Source: Tannerellaceae bacterium
GTDB lineage: Bacteria; Bacteroidota; Bacteroidia; Bacteroidales; Tannerellaceae
Direction: 5' to 3'
NCBI GenBank assembly: GCA_031278605.1
Contig: JAITKB010000067.1
Coordinates: 4,887 to 68,886, forward strand
DNA: 64,000 bases
Shown in pieces: positions 49,397 through 59,188 of the stretch (positions are counted from its first letter, which is position 1; each line of letters starts with the position of its first letter). The translations under genes were made by a program, and so were the position numbers. The notes under the pieces were generated by a model. That model was not told the origin of the DNA, searched no databases, and saw only the letters and a program-made list of their open reading frames with translations.

Positions 49397-50356
49397 TCAG
49401 TATTCTTCGCGGTATTTACTCTCGCCGCGGTCTTTCAGTATGCTGATATAACTTTTGTAACGCGAGGCACTAATGGTTTCTTCCTCTACGGCTTTCAGCA
49501 CGGAGCATCCGGGTTCGTGTCGATGGGTACAGTTCCCGAAGCGACATCCGGCGGAATGGGCGAAGATTTCCCTGAAATAATGGGAGATCTCCGCATCTTC
49601 CATATCAAACGTCCCGAAGCCTTTGATGCCGGGCGTGTCGATCAGGTATCCACCTTGGGCGAGTGGGATCATTTCCGAGAACGTGGTGGTGTGCATTCCC
49701 TTGTTGTGGTATTCGGAGATTAGCCCGGTGCGCAGTCCGGCGCCTGGCGCCAGGCGGTTGATGAGGGTGGATTTGCCCACGCCGGAATGTCCGGAGAGGA
49801 GGGTGATTTTCCCTTTGAGTTCTTCTTTGAGGTTTTCCATTCCTTCGCCGTTTTTGGCGCACAATGCGGAGCAGGGATATCCGATGCCGGTATATAGCTG
49901 CATTAGTTTTTGCATGGATTCCGCATCGGCGGGTCCGTAGCGGTCGATTTTGTTGAATGTCAGTTTTACGGGAATGTTGTAGGCTTCGGCGGTTGCCAGG
50001 AAGCGGTCGATGAAGATGGTGGTGGTTATGGGATAGTTTACGGTAACGATGAGCAGGGCCTGATCGAGGTTCGCTGCGAGGATGTGGGATTGTTTCGAGA
50101 GGTTGGAGGCCCGTCTTACGATATAATTCTTTCGTTCTTCGATTGCTGTGATAAAGGCGGTTCCTTCGGGATTGGGTTCAATCACTACGTGATCTCCCAC
50201 GGCCACGGGGTTGGTGCTTTTGATTTCTTTCAGGCGGAAGTTTCCTTTTATTTTACATTCGATATACTGTCCGTCATCGCCTCGAACGGTATACCAGCTT
50301 CCGGTATTTTTTACTACAAGTCCTTTCACGCGTTTCAATTTTGTTTTCCTTTTCAT
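49397..50356 (-). CDS. rsgA: Ribosome small subunit-dependent GTPase A
   Basis: [47 protein letters not shown]. Promoter TACTTTTG at 50368-50375. Confidence 0.96.
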   Translation of the reverse strand: MKRKTKLKRVKGLVVKNTGSWYTVRGDDGQYIECKIKGNFRLKEIKSTNPVAVGDHVVIEPNPEGTAFITAIEERKNYIVRRASNLSKQSHILAANLDQALLIVTVNYPITTTIFIDRFLATAEAYNIPVKLTFNKIDRYGPADAESMQKLMQLYTGIGYPCSALCAKNGEGMENLKEELKGKITLLSGHSGVGKSTLINRLAPGAGLRTGLISEYHNKGMHTTTFSEMIPLAQGGYLIDTPGIKGFGTFDMEDAEISHYFREIFAHSAGCRFGNCTHRHEPGCSVLKAVEEETISASRYKSYISILKDRGESKYREEY

Positions 50357-50435
50357 TTTATTATGAGCAAAAGTAGGAAAATCCCCGGATTTCCTTGCGG
50401 GTTAGGTTCCCCGGCGTATGACCGCAGTCATAATG

Positions 50436-50496
50436 GTTTGTTGCCGGGGGTTTGTTGCCGGGGGGTTCGTTGCCGGGGGTTCGCTGCCGGGGGTTC
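50436..50496 (+). repeat. Four tandem 14-15 bp units GTTYGYTGCCGGGG
   Basis: Units start at 50436, 50450, 50465 and 50479, with a partial unit at 50493. Confidence 0.9.
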
Positions 50497-50530
50497 ATGA
50501 AACGAAACATTTGCCAGGCCCCAAAAGGCC

Positions 50531-50661
50531 TGAATTTTCTGTGCACTCCGGCTGAATTTTCTGTGCACTCCGGCAAAATTTTCTGTGCACTCCGGCAAAA
50601 TTTTCTGTGCACTCCAGCAAAATTTTCTGTGCACTCCGGCAAAATTTTCTGTGCACTCCAG
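50531..50661. repeat. Array D: six 22 bp units AAAATTTTCTGTGCACTCCGGC
   Basis: The GTGCAC palindrome starts at 50541, 50563, 50585, 50607, 50629 and 50651, alternating with AAAATTTT. Confidence 0.95.
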
Positions 50662-50870
50662 TTTTTGCCGGACTGGGACGCAGCTTCGAGGCCTTTGGAG
50701 TGAAATTACAGATGGCTTATTATCAGCGTATTAGTAATTGACCCCTCTCTTGAGGGATTTCCGTGGAGCGAGGCGACAACAACGACGCCGAAAACGGCCT
50801 CAGACCTCTGGCGTTGGGGTTTTCCTTTTAAATTTGCGGGGTCATTCATTTTAATCCCCTCAAAAAAAAC

Positions 50871-51434
50871 ATGAAACATACACAGGAAGATACAAAAGCG
50901 CGGAACCCAAGGCAAATTCTGCTGATAACCGGAGGAACCCGTTCGGGTAAAAGCGCGTACGCAGAGAAGTTGGCACGAAGTCTCTCCACACATCCGGTTT
51001 ATCTGGCTACCGCCCGCTTGTGGGACGAGGAATTCCGCGAACGGGTTCGGCGCCACCAAGCCATACGAGGCCCGGAATGGACAACAATCGAAGAAGAAAA
51101 AATATTGAGCCGGCACGATCTGACCGGGCAGGTCGCAGTGATAGACTGCGTGACCCTGTGGTGCACCAACTTCTTTTATGATCTGGAAGGAAACACGGAC
51201 AACTCCCTCCGGGCGCTGAAGGCCGAGTTCGATGCCTTCACCGCCCGGGAAGCGACGTTTATCTTCGTAAGTAATGAAATCGGGATGGGAGGGGTGCCGG
51301 GGAATGAACTCCAACGCCGGTTTGCCGACCTCCAGGGGTGGTTCAACCAATACATCGCCCAACGCGCCGACAAAGTCGTGTGCATGGTGTGCGGCATCCC
51401 GGTGGAAATTAAGCCTCAGTCCCCTTCGGAATAA
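50871..51434 (+). CDS. cobU: Bifunctional adenosylcobinamide kinase / adenosylcobinamide-phosphate guanylyltransferase
   Basis: LITGGTRSGKS, YLAT, RVRRHQ..R, IDCVTLW.TN, VSNEIGMG. Promoter TAAATTTG at 50829-50836. Confidence 0.95.
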   Translation: MKHTQEDTKARNPRQILLITGGTRSGKSAYAEKLARSLSTHPVYLATARLWDEEFRERVRRHQAIRGPEWTTIEEEKILSRHDLTGQVAVIDCVTLWCTNFFYDLEGNTDNSLRALKAEFDAFTAREATFIFVSNEIGMGGVPGNELQRRFADLQGWFNQYIAQRADKVVCMVCGIPVEIKPQSPSE

Positions 51435-54139
51435 CCCAGGTCAAAATCCCTGTCAACCGCCCGCACACCCGTAGACATCCATTGCGGCATGGGTTTATGG
51501 CGGAGGTAATGCTCAAAGAACTGAAACATGCGTCTCTGGAAATCCATCTTATTGGCCAAACGTGTAGGCCAATGCGGTTCGCCCGTATAGTTCAGCAGCC
51601 AAGCCGGTTTGCCGAGGCGTTTGAGGCCAATGAAAAACTCAATCCCCTGATACCAGGGTACGTGTCCGTCCTTGTCGTTGGCCATAATGAGAATCGGCGT
51701 CTCGACCTTATCCAGGGTAAAGAGGGGGGAATTTTCCAGGTACCGCAGCGGAGATTCCCAAATGGAAAGACCAATGCGGCTCTGCCCCCGTTCGTACTGG
51801 AAAGAACGGTTCAGGCCGGATCCCCAGCGGATACCCCCGTAGGCGCTGAACATATTCACAACCGGGGCGCCCGATTCAATGGCGGCAAACAAACGGGTGC
51901 GGGTGGCCAGGTAAGCGTCCTGGTATCCCCCCCAGCTATGGCCCTGCACGCCGATGGCTTTCTCCTCGACATACCCCCCGGCAATCAAGGCGGCCACGCC
52001 CGGTATCACGCTGTTGAAGCAACTCTCGCCCGGATACCCCTCCTTGTAGCGGACGTCCGGGTTGAAAACAATGTAGCCGTGGCTGTTGTAAAAATGATAG
52101 TCCACCGTGGAACGGTGCACCTCCGGCATCCGGTAAGCATGGAGGGTTTCCGAGTTGCGTTCGTAGAAATTCACCAGGAGCGGGTATTTCTTCCCCGGGT
52201 CGAAGTCCTCCGGCTTATAGACAACCCCCTCAAGGAGTTCGCCCTCCAGCGACAACCAGGAGATCAACTCGGCCGTACCCCAGCGGAAGCGCTCCTGCTG
52301 CCGGAAGCCGTGCGTGAGGCGGACGGATTGCCGGAAGCCGAGGTCGGACAAATGCAGGTCGGGGTATTGGTCGTAACGTTCGGAGGTATAGACGAGGACG
52401 TCGGCCTTTTGCGCCTTGACCGGCGTAGAAAGCAGAAAAGGACCGGAGAGGAGCGTCTCCGGAAGGGAAGGATGCGTCAACTTCGTCGCATAATACCCAT
52501 AGCCCTTGCTCGTCAGATGGAAGCCGGAAAGCAACTGCCTTTGCTTCGGATCAACAAACGCAGCCTCTTCGTCCAAGGGGATCAGGCGGTAGGTGATCTG
52601 TTCCTCCCGACCGTTCACGGTGAGGTTCACCGGCTCGGCCTTTGCCTCCGGATGAAACCGCCAGAGGTCGAAACGATCGTAAAGCAAAAGCGCCTGATCG
52701 TCGGTGGTCCACCCCGCCGACCCGTAGGTGGGAGGGAAACCGGGCACGTCGTGGTCGTCGTTCCAGGCCGCAAAAGTCTCCGGCCCGGTGAGCCGGTACA
52801 GCCCGGAATGTTCCGTGGCATAAGTATACCAGGAACTATCCTGCGGATTATACCAATAGGCGTATTTCCCCTGGGGCGAGAGGCGCACCCGGGCATATGT
52901 GCCGGCAAGCAGTTGGCGCGTCGCCCCGGTCGGCAAATGCACAAGGTAAACATCGGCACGGCTCGCTCCCTGCCACATCCGTTCCATATCGTAGGGCACG
53001 GTAGTCGTCACCAAGGCAAAGGGAGCTTCCGTATTTTCCGTTCGGTGCAACAAGGGGCGTTCGGGGGTCGTCAACGTCACGAAGTTTTTCGCCCCCAGGT
53101 TATAAGCCACCGTATAGGATTTCTTCAGCTCCTCCGCCTTTTCATAATCCTGCTGCGTATATTGTATGCCTTCGTTCCAATTCCAGATATGCACCTCCGG
53201 CCGGTTCTCGGCCAAAAGCGTGGTGTCTTTCTCCTTCGGCTGGGGGGCAATACCGAAGAAGAGGCGTTCGGATTTTTTGGAGAAACTTAATTTGCCCTCT
53301 CCGCTGAGGATCCATCCGGGGGGCACAACCTCCGGCGTCTTCCCCGCTATCTTTTTCGCCGGGCCTTGCCCCTCGGAGAGGTACAACTCCAGGTTCCGCT
53401 CCGCCCCTTCCTTGTCCGCCGCATAGAGGAAAGCCAGGCGCTCGCCCTCTTCGTCGGCCGTCACCTGCCGGAATACCCCCTCACCCGTCCACAGGGGTTT
53501 GCCCTCTGCTTTTTCCGGGAGATAGACATACAAACCCGGTTCGGCCTCCAGCGTATCTTTCGAGACATAAAACAACACATTCCGACGCTTCGAGAAAAAG
53601 AACTCGGTCACCCCCCGGAAAGCAAGCCGCTTCATCCCGTCCATCGTTCGGAGGTACAAGGTGGAATCCGCTTTCCGTCCCTGTTGGTAGGCCATCCACC
53701 CTCCGCTTCCGGAGCATTTATAGGTGCGGATCGAGTCGATCGTCTCCTCCTTCCGGTTCCGGAGGTCGTAAATCAACAAGCGGTCCATCGGCATCCGGTC
53801 TTCCTTTGTCTTCTTCAGCTTCAGGCGCTCGCTTTCTTCCAGCGTGAGGGTTTGGGTGACCAGCAAATAAGGCGATCCGCCCGGTGTAAACTCCGCCTTT
53901 TTTGCCGGCTTGAACGTCGCCATCTCCTCCCCCTGCCGGTTGTATACATACACGGTGGCATCCCCCCTTTGGGGTTCCATCCTGGCGGTTATCCACTGTC
54001 CGTCTTCGGAAATCGTTTTCGCAGAGATTCTCTCCCAAGCCGCCAGATCCGCTACCGTGATGGCCGCCCGGGAAGACTGTTGTGCGGCAAGAGGCAAGAC
54101 CCCGCCCGTCAACAAGAGGAAAAATACAAGAGGTTTCAT
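51416..54139 (-). CDS. S9 family (prolyl oligopeptidase-like) peptidase, exported
   Basis: Signal peptide, beta-propeller region, GHSWGGY nucleophile motif, DGHVPWYQG, EPH. Confidence 0.93.
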   Translation of the reverse strand: MKPLVFFLLLTGGVLPLAAQQSSRAAITVADLAAWERISAKTISEDGQWITARMEPQRGDATVYVYNRQGEEMATFKPAKKAEFTPGGSPYLLVTQTLTLEESERLKLKKTKEDRMPMDRLLIYDLRNRKEETIDSIRTYKCSGSGGWMAYQQGRKADSTLYLRTMDGMKRLAFRGVTEFFFSKRRNVLFYVSKDTLEAEPGLYVYLPEKAEGKPLWTGEGVFRQVTADEEGERLAFLYAADKEGAERNLELYLSEGQGPAKKIAGKTPEVVPPGWILSGEGKLSFSKKSERLFFGIAPQPKEKDTTLLAENRPEVHIWNWNEGIQYTQQDYEKAEELKKSYTVAYNLGAKNFVTLTTPERPLLHRTENTEAPFALVTTTVPYDMERMWQGASRADVYLVHLPTGATRQLLAGTYARVRLSPQGKYAYWYNPQDSSWYTYATEHSGLYRLTGPETFAAWNDDHDVPGFPPTYGSAGWTTDDQALLLYDRFDLWRFHPEAKAEPVNLTVNGREEQITYRLIPLDEEAAFVDPKQRQLLSGFHLTSKGYGYYATKLTHPSLPETLLSGPFLLSTPVKAQKADVLVYTSERYDQYPDLHLSDLGFRQSVRLTHGFRQQERFRWGTAELISWLSLEGELLEGVVYKPEDFDPGKKYPLLVNFYERNSETLHAYRMPEVHRSTVDYHFYNSHGYIVFNPDVRYKEGYPGESCFNSVIPGVAALIAGGYVEEKAIGVQGHSWGGYQDAYLATRTRLFAAIESGAPVVNMFSAYGGIRWGSGLNRSFQYERGQSRIGLSIWESPLRYLENSPLFTLDKVETPILIMANDKDGHVPWYQGIEFFIGLKRLGKPAWLLNYTGEPHWPTRLANKMDFQRRMFQFFEHYLRHKPMPQWMSTGVRAVDRDFDLGYSEGD

Positions 54140-54150
54140 TCGTTGATTCG

Positions 54151-55917
54151 TTAAAAGTTCATGTTTATACCCCCCATGACGCCAAAGCCCTGGAGCGGGT
54201 AACCGTAGATAAATTCGTAGGAGCGAAACAGGAGGTTATTCATTTTCACATACACTCCAAAGGTCTCGCTGAAGGTGTAGGAGGCGGTAAAATCCAATTC
54301 GCAGACATCGTTCATATCCACGATACGGGTATTATTCACCAGCGCTTTCCGCCCCACGGCCAGGTAATAGTCCAAAGCCAGGGCGAGCTTCCCTGTCGGA
54401 TGGATCAAGGCGCCCGCCGTCAGTTCCGCCCAGGGACGCCCGTAGGCTTTCCGCTTGACAAATTCCCCTCCCTCTTCGTCCGCTTCTTCATTCCACCGGT
54501 TGTATATCCCCCGGAAGGACAGGCCGAACAGGTCGCGGAAGGAATACTTCAACTCCACCCCCCCCCGTAGCAATCTGAAATCCTGCGACAACACCCGGCT
54601 GAGGTTTCCGAATCCCTCGGAGGAAAGGTAGGGGACAAAGAAATAATCGTCGTCCGTCACCTTGTACTGCCCAAACAGGTGGAAATGCAGGCCGGAGACA
54701 ATCCCCGTCCTGACGCCCAGCACGGCATCCAAAGGGGTAGTCGAAGGCGTTGCGCTCCGGTAGGGGTCGGTATAACGGTTCTCCACGGATAGCTGGTATG
54801 CGCTATTGGAACGGATTCCCCCGTCCGCCTTCAGGTAAATAACGGTTTTCGCCCCGGCATTGACGTCAATCCCCGCATGAGGAGAGAGGAAGAACTTCGC
54901 CGGATTACGCTCGGTGGAAGTGATGAACATCAGGTTGGCCCCCAGCCGCAGATTCCAGAAATCCCCCTCTGCCCGGAAATACGGCGTCAGGGTTGTTTCC
55001 AGATAATTCTTGAATCCGGAAGTGGAATAATCGGGCAGATTGTAGAAGAAATAGTTGAACCCGGCATCCACCCCCGCCTGCTTGTCGGCGCCCAAGCGGG
55101 CATAAAGCTTCACACGGGTGCTCAGGGTTTGCTCCGTAATCCCCTTCATGCTCTCATCCCAAGCGTAGAGATACGAGAAGTGCGTATAATTCCCGTCCAA
55201 CAAATACCCCAGGGGGTGGACGCCCCTGGATTCCACCCCGGCATTTGTCGTAAAGATCCGCCGAAGCTGGTTGGTTTCGGTATCCACAACCGGCGCCGGC
55301 CAGACAGAAAGGACATTGGGCGAGGGCAATCCGTAATAGTTGAAGGACGAATAAACATATTTCGCCCCAAGATGCAGGACGGAACGGTCGAAAGCATGGC
55401 GGAAATCCAAGCCGCCGAGGTTGTCGTTCACCCGGGCCTTTACGCTCTCCCCCTTTAAAAAACCCTCGGTGTATTTCCGGTCTCCTGCGGTGGAGCGATG
55501 CGAGAGGAAGACATTCAGTTGGTCTTTCCCGGTACTCAGGATATGATAACCTATGTCGCCATTGATATTCAGAGACGATCCGATTCCGGCGTTCACATAT
55601 CCGCGCCGGTGGTTATAGGTCATATCCGCCAGGATAGGCTCGGCCGGCAACAAGCCTATTTCCCGCTTCGGATCGGCCGGCGTGGACAAAAGGGCATAAT
55701 CAACAGACATTCGGGTTACGACCGGGTCTTTTATATCCGGCAGGGTATTCACCTTGTTGGCGTCCTGAACGGAAGGATTGTATTCGCGCTCCAGCGTCAA
55801 CTCCCGGCTCAGGGCCGATTCCGTTTGCTCTTCCTGCGCGGCAAGGGGGAGGGAGGCGACCAACAATGCCAGGAGGCTCATCGCCTTTTTAAGAGAGAGG
55901 GTCTTCATCACATTCAT
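54151..55917 (-). CDS. Outer-membrane beta-barrel (TonB-dependent-receptor-like) partner of the TPR protein
   Basis: Signal peptide, LEREYNP, aromatic beta-strands, C-terminal NNLL...YGYP.QG...GGINMNF. Confidence 0.8.
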   Translation of the reverse strand: MNVMKTLSLKKAMSLLALLVASLPLAAQEEQTESALSRELTLEREYNPSVQDANKVNTLPDIKDPVVTRMSVDYALLSTPADPKREIGLLPAEPILADMTYNHRRGYVNAGIGSSLNINGDIGYHILSTGKDQLNVFLSHRSTAGDRKYTEGFLKGESVKARVNDNLGGLDFRHAFDRSVLHLGAKYVYSSFNYYGLPSPNVLSVWPAPVVDTETNQLRRIFTTNAGVESRGVHPLGYLLDGNYTHFSYLYAWDESMKGITEQTLSTRVKLYARLGADKQAGVDAGFNYFFYNLPDYSTSGFKNYLETTLTPYFRAEGDFWNLRLGANLMFITSTERNPAKFFLSPHAGIDVNAGAKTVIYLKADGGIRSNSAYQLSVENRYTDPYRSATPSTTPLDAVLGVRTGIVSGLHFHLFGQYKVTDDDYFFVPYLSSEGFGNLSRVLSQDFRLLRGGVELKYSFRDLFGLSFRGIYNRWNEEADEEGGEFVKRKAYGRPWAELTAGALIHPTGKLALALDYYLAVGRKALVNNTRIVDMNDVCELDFTASYTFSETFGVYVKMNNLLFRSYEFIYGYPLQGFGVMGGINMNF

Positions 55918-58900
55918 TCATTTTTTAGTTTACCTAATCTGTTTTCTATCATACCGGCAATCTCGTCGTTTCCCTTATAGTTGTTTTTCAAACTCGTAAG
56001 GTATTGCCGCGCCTGGAAATCATCCCCCTGCCGGATATAAATATCCGCCAACAGGATAAACCCCCGCGCCAACCAGTAAGCGTGCGGCGTTCCGTTTTCT
56101 ATGAAGTTCATCAGTTCTTTTTCGGCCTTGTCATTTTCGTTGGCCTCGTAATACAACTGTGCCAGCAAGTATTTGGCTTCGGCCCCGGAGGAGGTTCGCG
56201 TATCTTTGGCCAAGGCCTGCAAATCGGGCAAAGCCTTGTTTGATTGCCGCAGGCCGAGGTAAGCTTTTGCGCGAATGTACCGCGCTTCCGTAACCGTTTC
56301 GGGTGAGAGTTTGGCGCCTTTCAGTATTTCCTCCGCCGCATCGAGCGCCTCCTGCGGGTATCCGGCGCCCTGTGCGCTGCGCAGGATGCCCAACAGGGCG
56401 GCCTCCCGGTTTTGCAGGTCTTCGGCAATCAGCCGGAGTTGCTTAAAGGCGACCAGGGCCTCCCGGTAATTTTTTTCCGCGTATTCAATTTCGGCCTTAC
56501 GCGCCCAGACGTCTTCCGCAAATGCGGGATCCCCGCTTTCCAGCACTACGGCGTACAGGCGTTTGGCTTCCGCATAATCTTTCCGGCTGAAACAGATGGA
56601 AGCCAGATGGTAGTTTGCCCTTGTGCCGAAAGCTCCTGCGGGGAAGGTTTGCAGGTAATGCGTCAGGCTCCGTTGCGCCCCGTCGTAGTCGCCCCTTAGA
56701 AACAAGCGTTCGGCGGCGATATACGTAAGCGAATCCTGTTCGGATATTTCCACCCGCGGACCACCTCCCAGGGCATTGGCGTAGGAAGCATAGGATTCGA
56801 TGTCGTTCAGGTCGATGTATACGGATTTCAAATCCTGCAAGGCGGAACGGGCTTCTTCGCTTCCGGGATAACGGCTGATGACCTCCTTATAGGCCTCGGC
56901 AGCTTTGTCCAAACGGTTGCTGTTATAATACAACAGCCCCAACTGTACGCCGGCCTTTCGCGCCCGGCTGTTCTGCGGAAAGCGCTGCAGCAGGGTTTCA
57001 AAGGCCTCAATCGCCGCATTACTGTCGTCGAGCAACACATACGAGCGCCCCTTTTCAAACAGGGCTTCGGGAACATGGCGCGAGGCGGGATAGTCGGACA
57101 GCAAACGGTTCATGGCGGCAATTTTGCTTTTGTAGTCTTTCTGCAATCCGGCGATATAGCCTTTCTGAAACAGCGAGTAGTCTCCCGTTGAGGGCTGAAG
57201 GGCCACGGCACGGGTATAGAACTCTTCCGCCCGGGCAAATTGTCGGTTATAAAACAGACAGTCGCCTATACGGTTGCAGGCGTCGGCATAGGCTTCGGTC
57301 TTGGTGTTGCGTTCCTGTTCGATGTACCGGCGAAAACTGTTCAAGGCCTCGTCGTAGCGTTGTTGTTTGAAGAAGCAATATCCCGTATTGTAATAAGCCA
57401 AGGCATACATATCGGTATTGCGTTGGCGGGTATTGTTCAGGTAGGTACGGTAGTCGGTTATCGCCTTCTGGAAAAGCTCTTGCCGGTAGTAAGATTCGCC
57501 CCGCCAGAAGTATGCGTTGTTGCGTGCTTCCGCATGATAGGCGCCCATCTCTATCGCCTGCGTAAACAGGCGGATGGCGTCGTCCATCTTCATGTTGGCA
57601 AACGCCTGTGTGCCCAACTGAAAAAGAATGTCCTGCTTGGCTTCCAGGATCCGTGTGCCGGGCCGGTTGATTTTCTCGATGGAAGTCAGCGCTTCCTGAT
57701 AGTTTTTGGTTGTGAGGTAGACTTCTACCAAATAATCGTTCACCTTATGGGTGTATTTCGAGTTGGGAAATTCGTTCAGGAACTTTTCAAAGACAGCGAC
57801 CGATTCCCCGAAACCCGCAAAGGAGGTTTCGTGAATCAGCAGTGCATGATTATAGGTAGCCACTTCTTTGATTCGGTTGTCGAAGGAAGTGGCCGCCGCC
57901 GCTTCAAAGGCCATACGGGCATTGTTCCTGTCGTTCTTTTTCAGGTAGCTTTGTCCGATGTAGAGGTATGCGTTCTGCGCCAGGGCGTCGTCTTCGAGGA
58001 TGGTTTGGCTCAGGTAGGCGACGGCATGGTCATAATCGCCCGTACCGTAATAGCTCACGCCCAGCACATACAAATCGTTCCGTCGCGCATGTTCGGTCAG
58101 CCGGGTATGCTTTGTCAGATAAGCAATGGCCTTATCCCGGTTGTTCAGGTGATAATAGGAATTTCCGACGATACGGTAGACTTCGCTGTTATTCCGGCTG
58201 TGGGGATAGTGCTGAAGGAGGTCTTCGCCTTCGCTTGCCACCCGGTCGTATTTGCCTTGCACGAAATAAATCTGCGCGATAAAGTACCGGGCCGATTCCC
58301 GGTATTCCGTTGTATTTTTCAGAAGGGTAAATTCCTCCAGCGCATCCGTGTAGCGTCCCGCCGTGTAGTCGATGTAAGCCACATAATAGGCTGCCGCTTC
58401 GCCATGGGTTTCTCCCACCTGTTTGATGCGCGAGAAATAAGCGCGTGCCCGGTTGGTATCGCCCGTTTGCAGCAGCGAATAGGCCAGGCGATAGCTATGC
58501 GCCTCCCGGCTGTCTGTGCCGAGGAGGTCTGCGTCGGCTTCATTCAGCCAGAAGGCCGCCTTCTCGTATTCCTTATTTCCGAAGTGAACCGAGCCGATGT
58601 AGAAACAAAGTTCGTCGGCATGGTGGCTATCGGCATAGGTATCCAAGTATTCTTTCATTTGCTCGGCGGCCTGGGGAAGCCCCTGCTCGTAGGCGGAGCG
58701 AACAAGCAGATAGTCGGCTTCCCGAAGGAGGGAGCAATCACCCGTTTGCAGCTTATAGGCCTGCAACTTGTCCATGCATCCGGGGTAGTTCTTCAACACG
58801 AACAGTTCCTTTGCCTCAGCAAACAAGCCTTCGGGCGTATTGAACCGGTACGACCGCTGCCCAACGGCGGCATAACAGCCGCATATCAGGCAAAGTGGAA

Positions 58901-58919
58901 TAAACAGTTTTTTCATCAT
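55914..58919 (-). CDS. Large tetratricopeptide repeat protein
   Basis: 1001 aa with repeated A.Y..GY..F/Y TPR-type helices. Promoter TACCTTTG at 58958-58965. Confidence 0.92.
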   Translation of the reverse strand: MMKKLFIPLCLICGCYAAVGQRSYRFNTPEGLFAEAKELFVLKNYPGCMDKLQAYKLQTGDCSLLREADYLLVRSAYEQGLPQAAEQMKEYLDTYADSHHADELCFYIGSVHFGNKEYEKAAFWLNEADADLLGTDSREAHSYRLAYSLLQTGDTNRARAYFSRIKQVGETHGEAAAYYVAYIDYTAGRYTDALEEFTLLKNTTEYRESARYFIAQIYFVQGKYDRVASEGEDLLQHYPHSRNNSEVYRIVGNSYYHLNNRDKAIAYLTKHTRLTEHARRNDLYVLGVSYYGTGDYDHAVAYLSQTILEDDALAQNAYLYIGQSYLKKNDRNNARMAFEAAAATSFDNRIKEVATYNHALLIHETSFAGFGESVAVFEKFLNEFPNSKYTHKVNDYLVEVYLTTKNYQEALTSIEKINRPGTRILEAKQDILFQLGTQAFANMKMDDAIRLFTQAIEMGAYHAEARNNAYFWRGESYYRQELFQKAITDYRTYLNNTRQRNTDMYALAYYNTGYCFFKQQRYDEALNSFRRYIEQERNTKTEAYADACNRIGDCLFYNRQFARAEEFYTRAVALQPSTGDYSLFQKGYIAGLQKDYKSKIAAMNRLLSDYPASRHVPEALFEKGRSYVLLDDSNAAIEAFETLLQRFPQNSRARKAGVQLGLLYYNSNRLDKAAEAYKEVISRYPGSEEARSALQDLKSVYIDLNDIESYASYANALGGGPRVEISEQDSLTYIAAERLFLRGDYDGAQRSLTHYLQTFPAGAFGTRANYHLASICFSRKDYAEAKRLYAVVLESGDPAFAEDVWARKAEIEYAEKNYREALVAFKQLRLIAEDLQNREAALLGILRSAQGAGYPQEALDAAEEILKGAKLSPETVTEARYIRAKAYLGLRQSNKALPDLQALAKDTRTSSGAEAKYLLAQLYYEANENDKAEKELMNFIENGTPHAYWLARGFILLADIYIRQGDDFQARQYLTSLKNNYKGNDEIAGMIENRLGKLKNE

Positions 58920-59040
58920 TCCTTTCGTTTATATAATAATATGGTACACTGTGCACACAAAGGTATACGATAAAAGTGATCTTCCATCACCCGGCCCCCC
59001 CCCGATGAGGGAGGCCGTTTTTATTCCCCGTCCGGGGCCC

Positions 59041-59131
59041 GAAATTCTCAGTACTGAGCGATTTTTTTTTCAGTACTGAGAATTTTTTTTTTCAGTACTG
59101 AGAAAAAAATTTTTCAGTACTGAGAAATTTC
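59041..59131. repeat. Array E: four 22 bp units, palindrome TCAGTACTGA separated by A/T tracts
   Basis: CAGTACTG starts at 59049, 59071, 59093 and 59115. Confidence 0.92.
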
Positions 59132-59188
59132 CCCCCTTTTTCAGACCGGGAAATCCCTTTCTCCGCCACGTTTTTCCGGATCGGAGAT

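Noticed and set aside
50660-50870. Cobalamin riboswitch upstream of cobU
   Set aside because: The conserved elements (AGGGAA, GCCACTG, the AGxCxGxAGACC B12 box) are not found together, and the likely promoter is only about 35 nt from the ATG.
57240-58973. Long opposite-strand ORFs over the TPR, S9 peptidase, tkt and A2M genes (e.g. 577, 602, 540 and 476 aa)
   Set aside because: They are antisense shadows typical of GC-rich coding DNA and carry no recognisable motifs.
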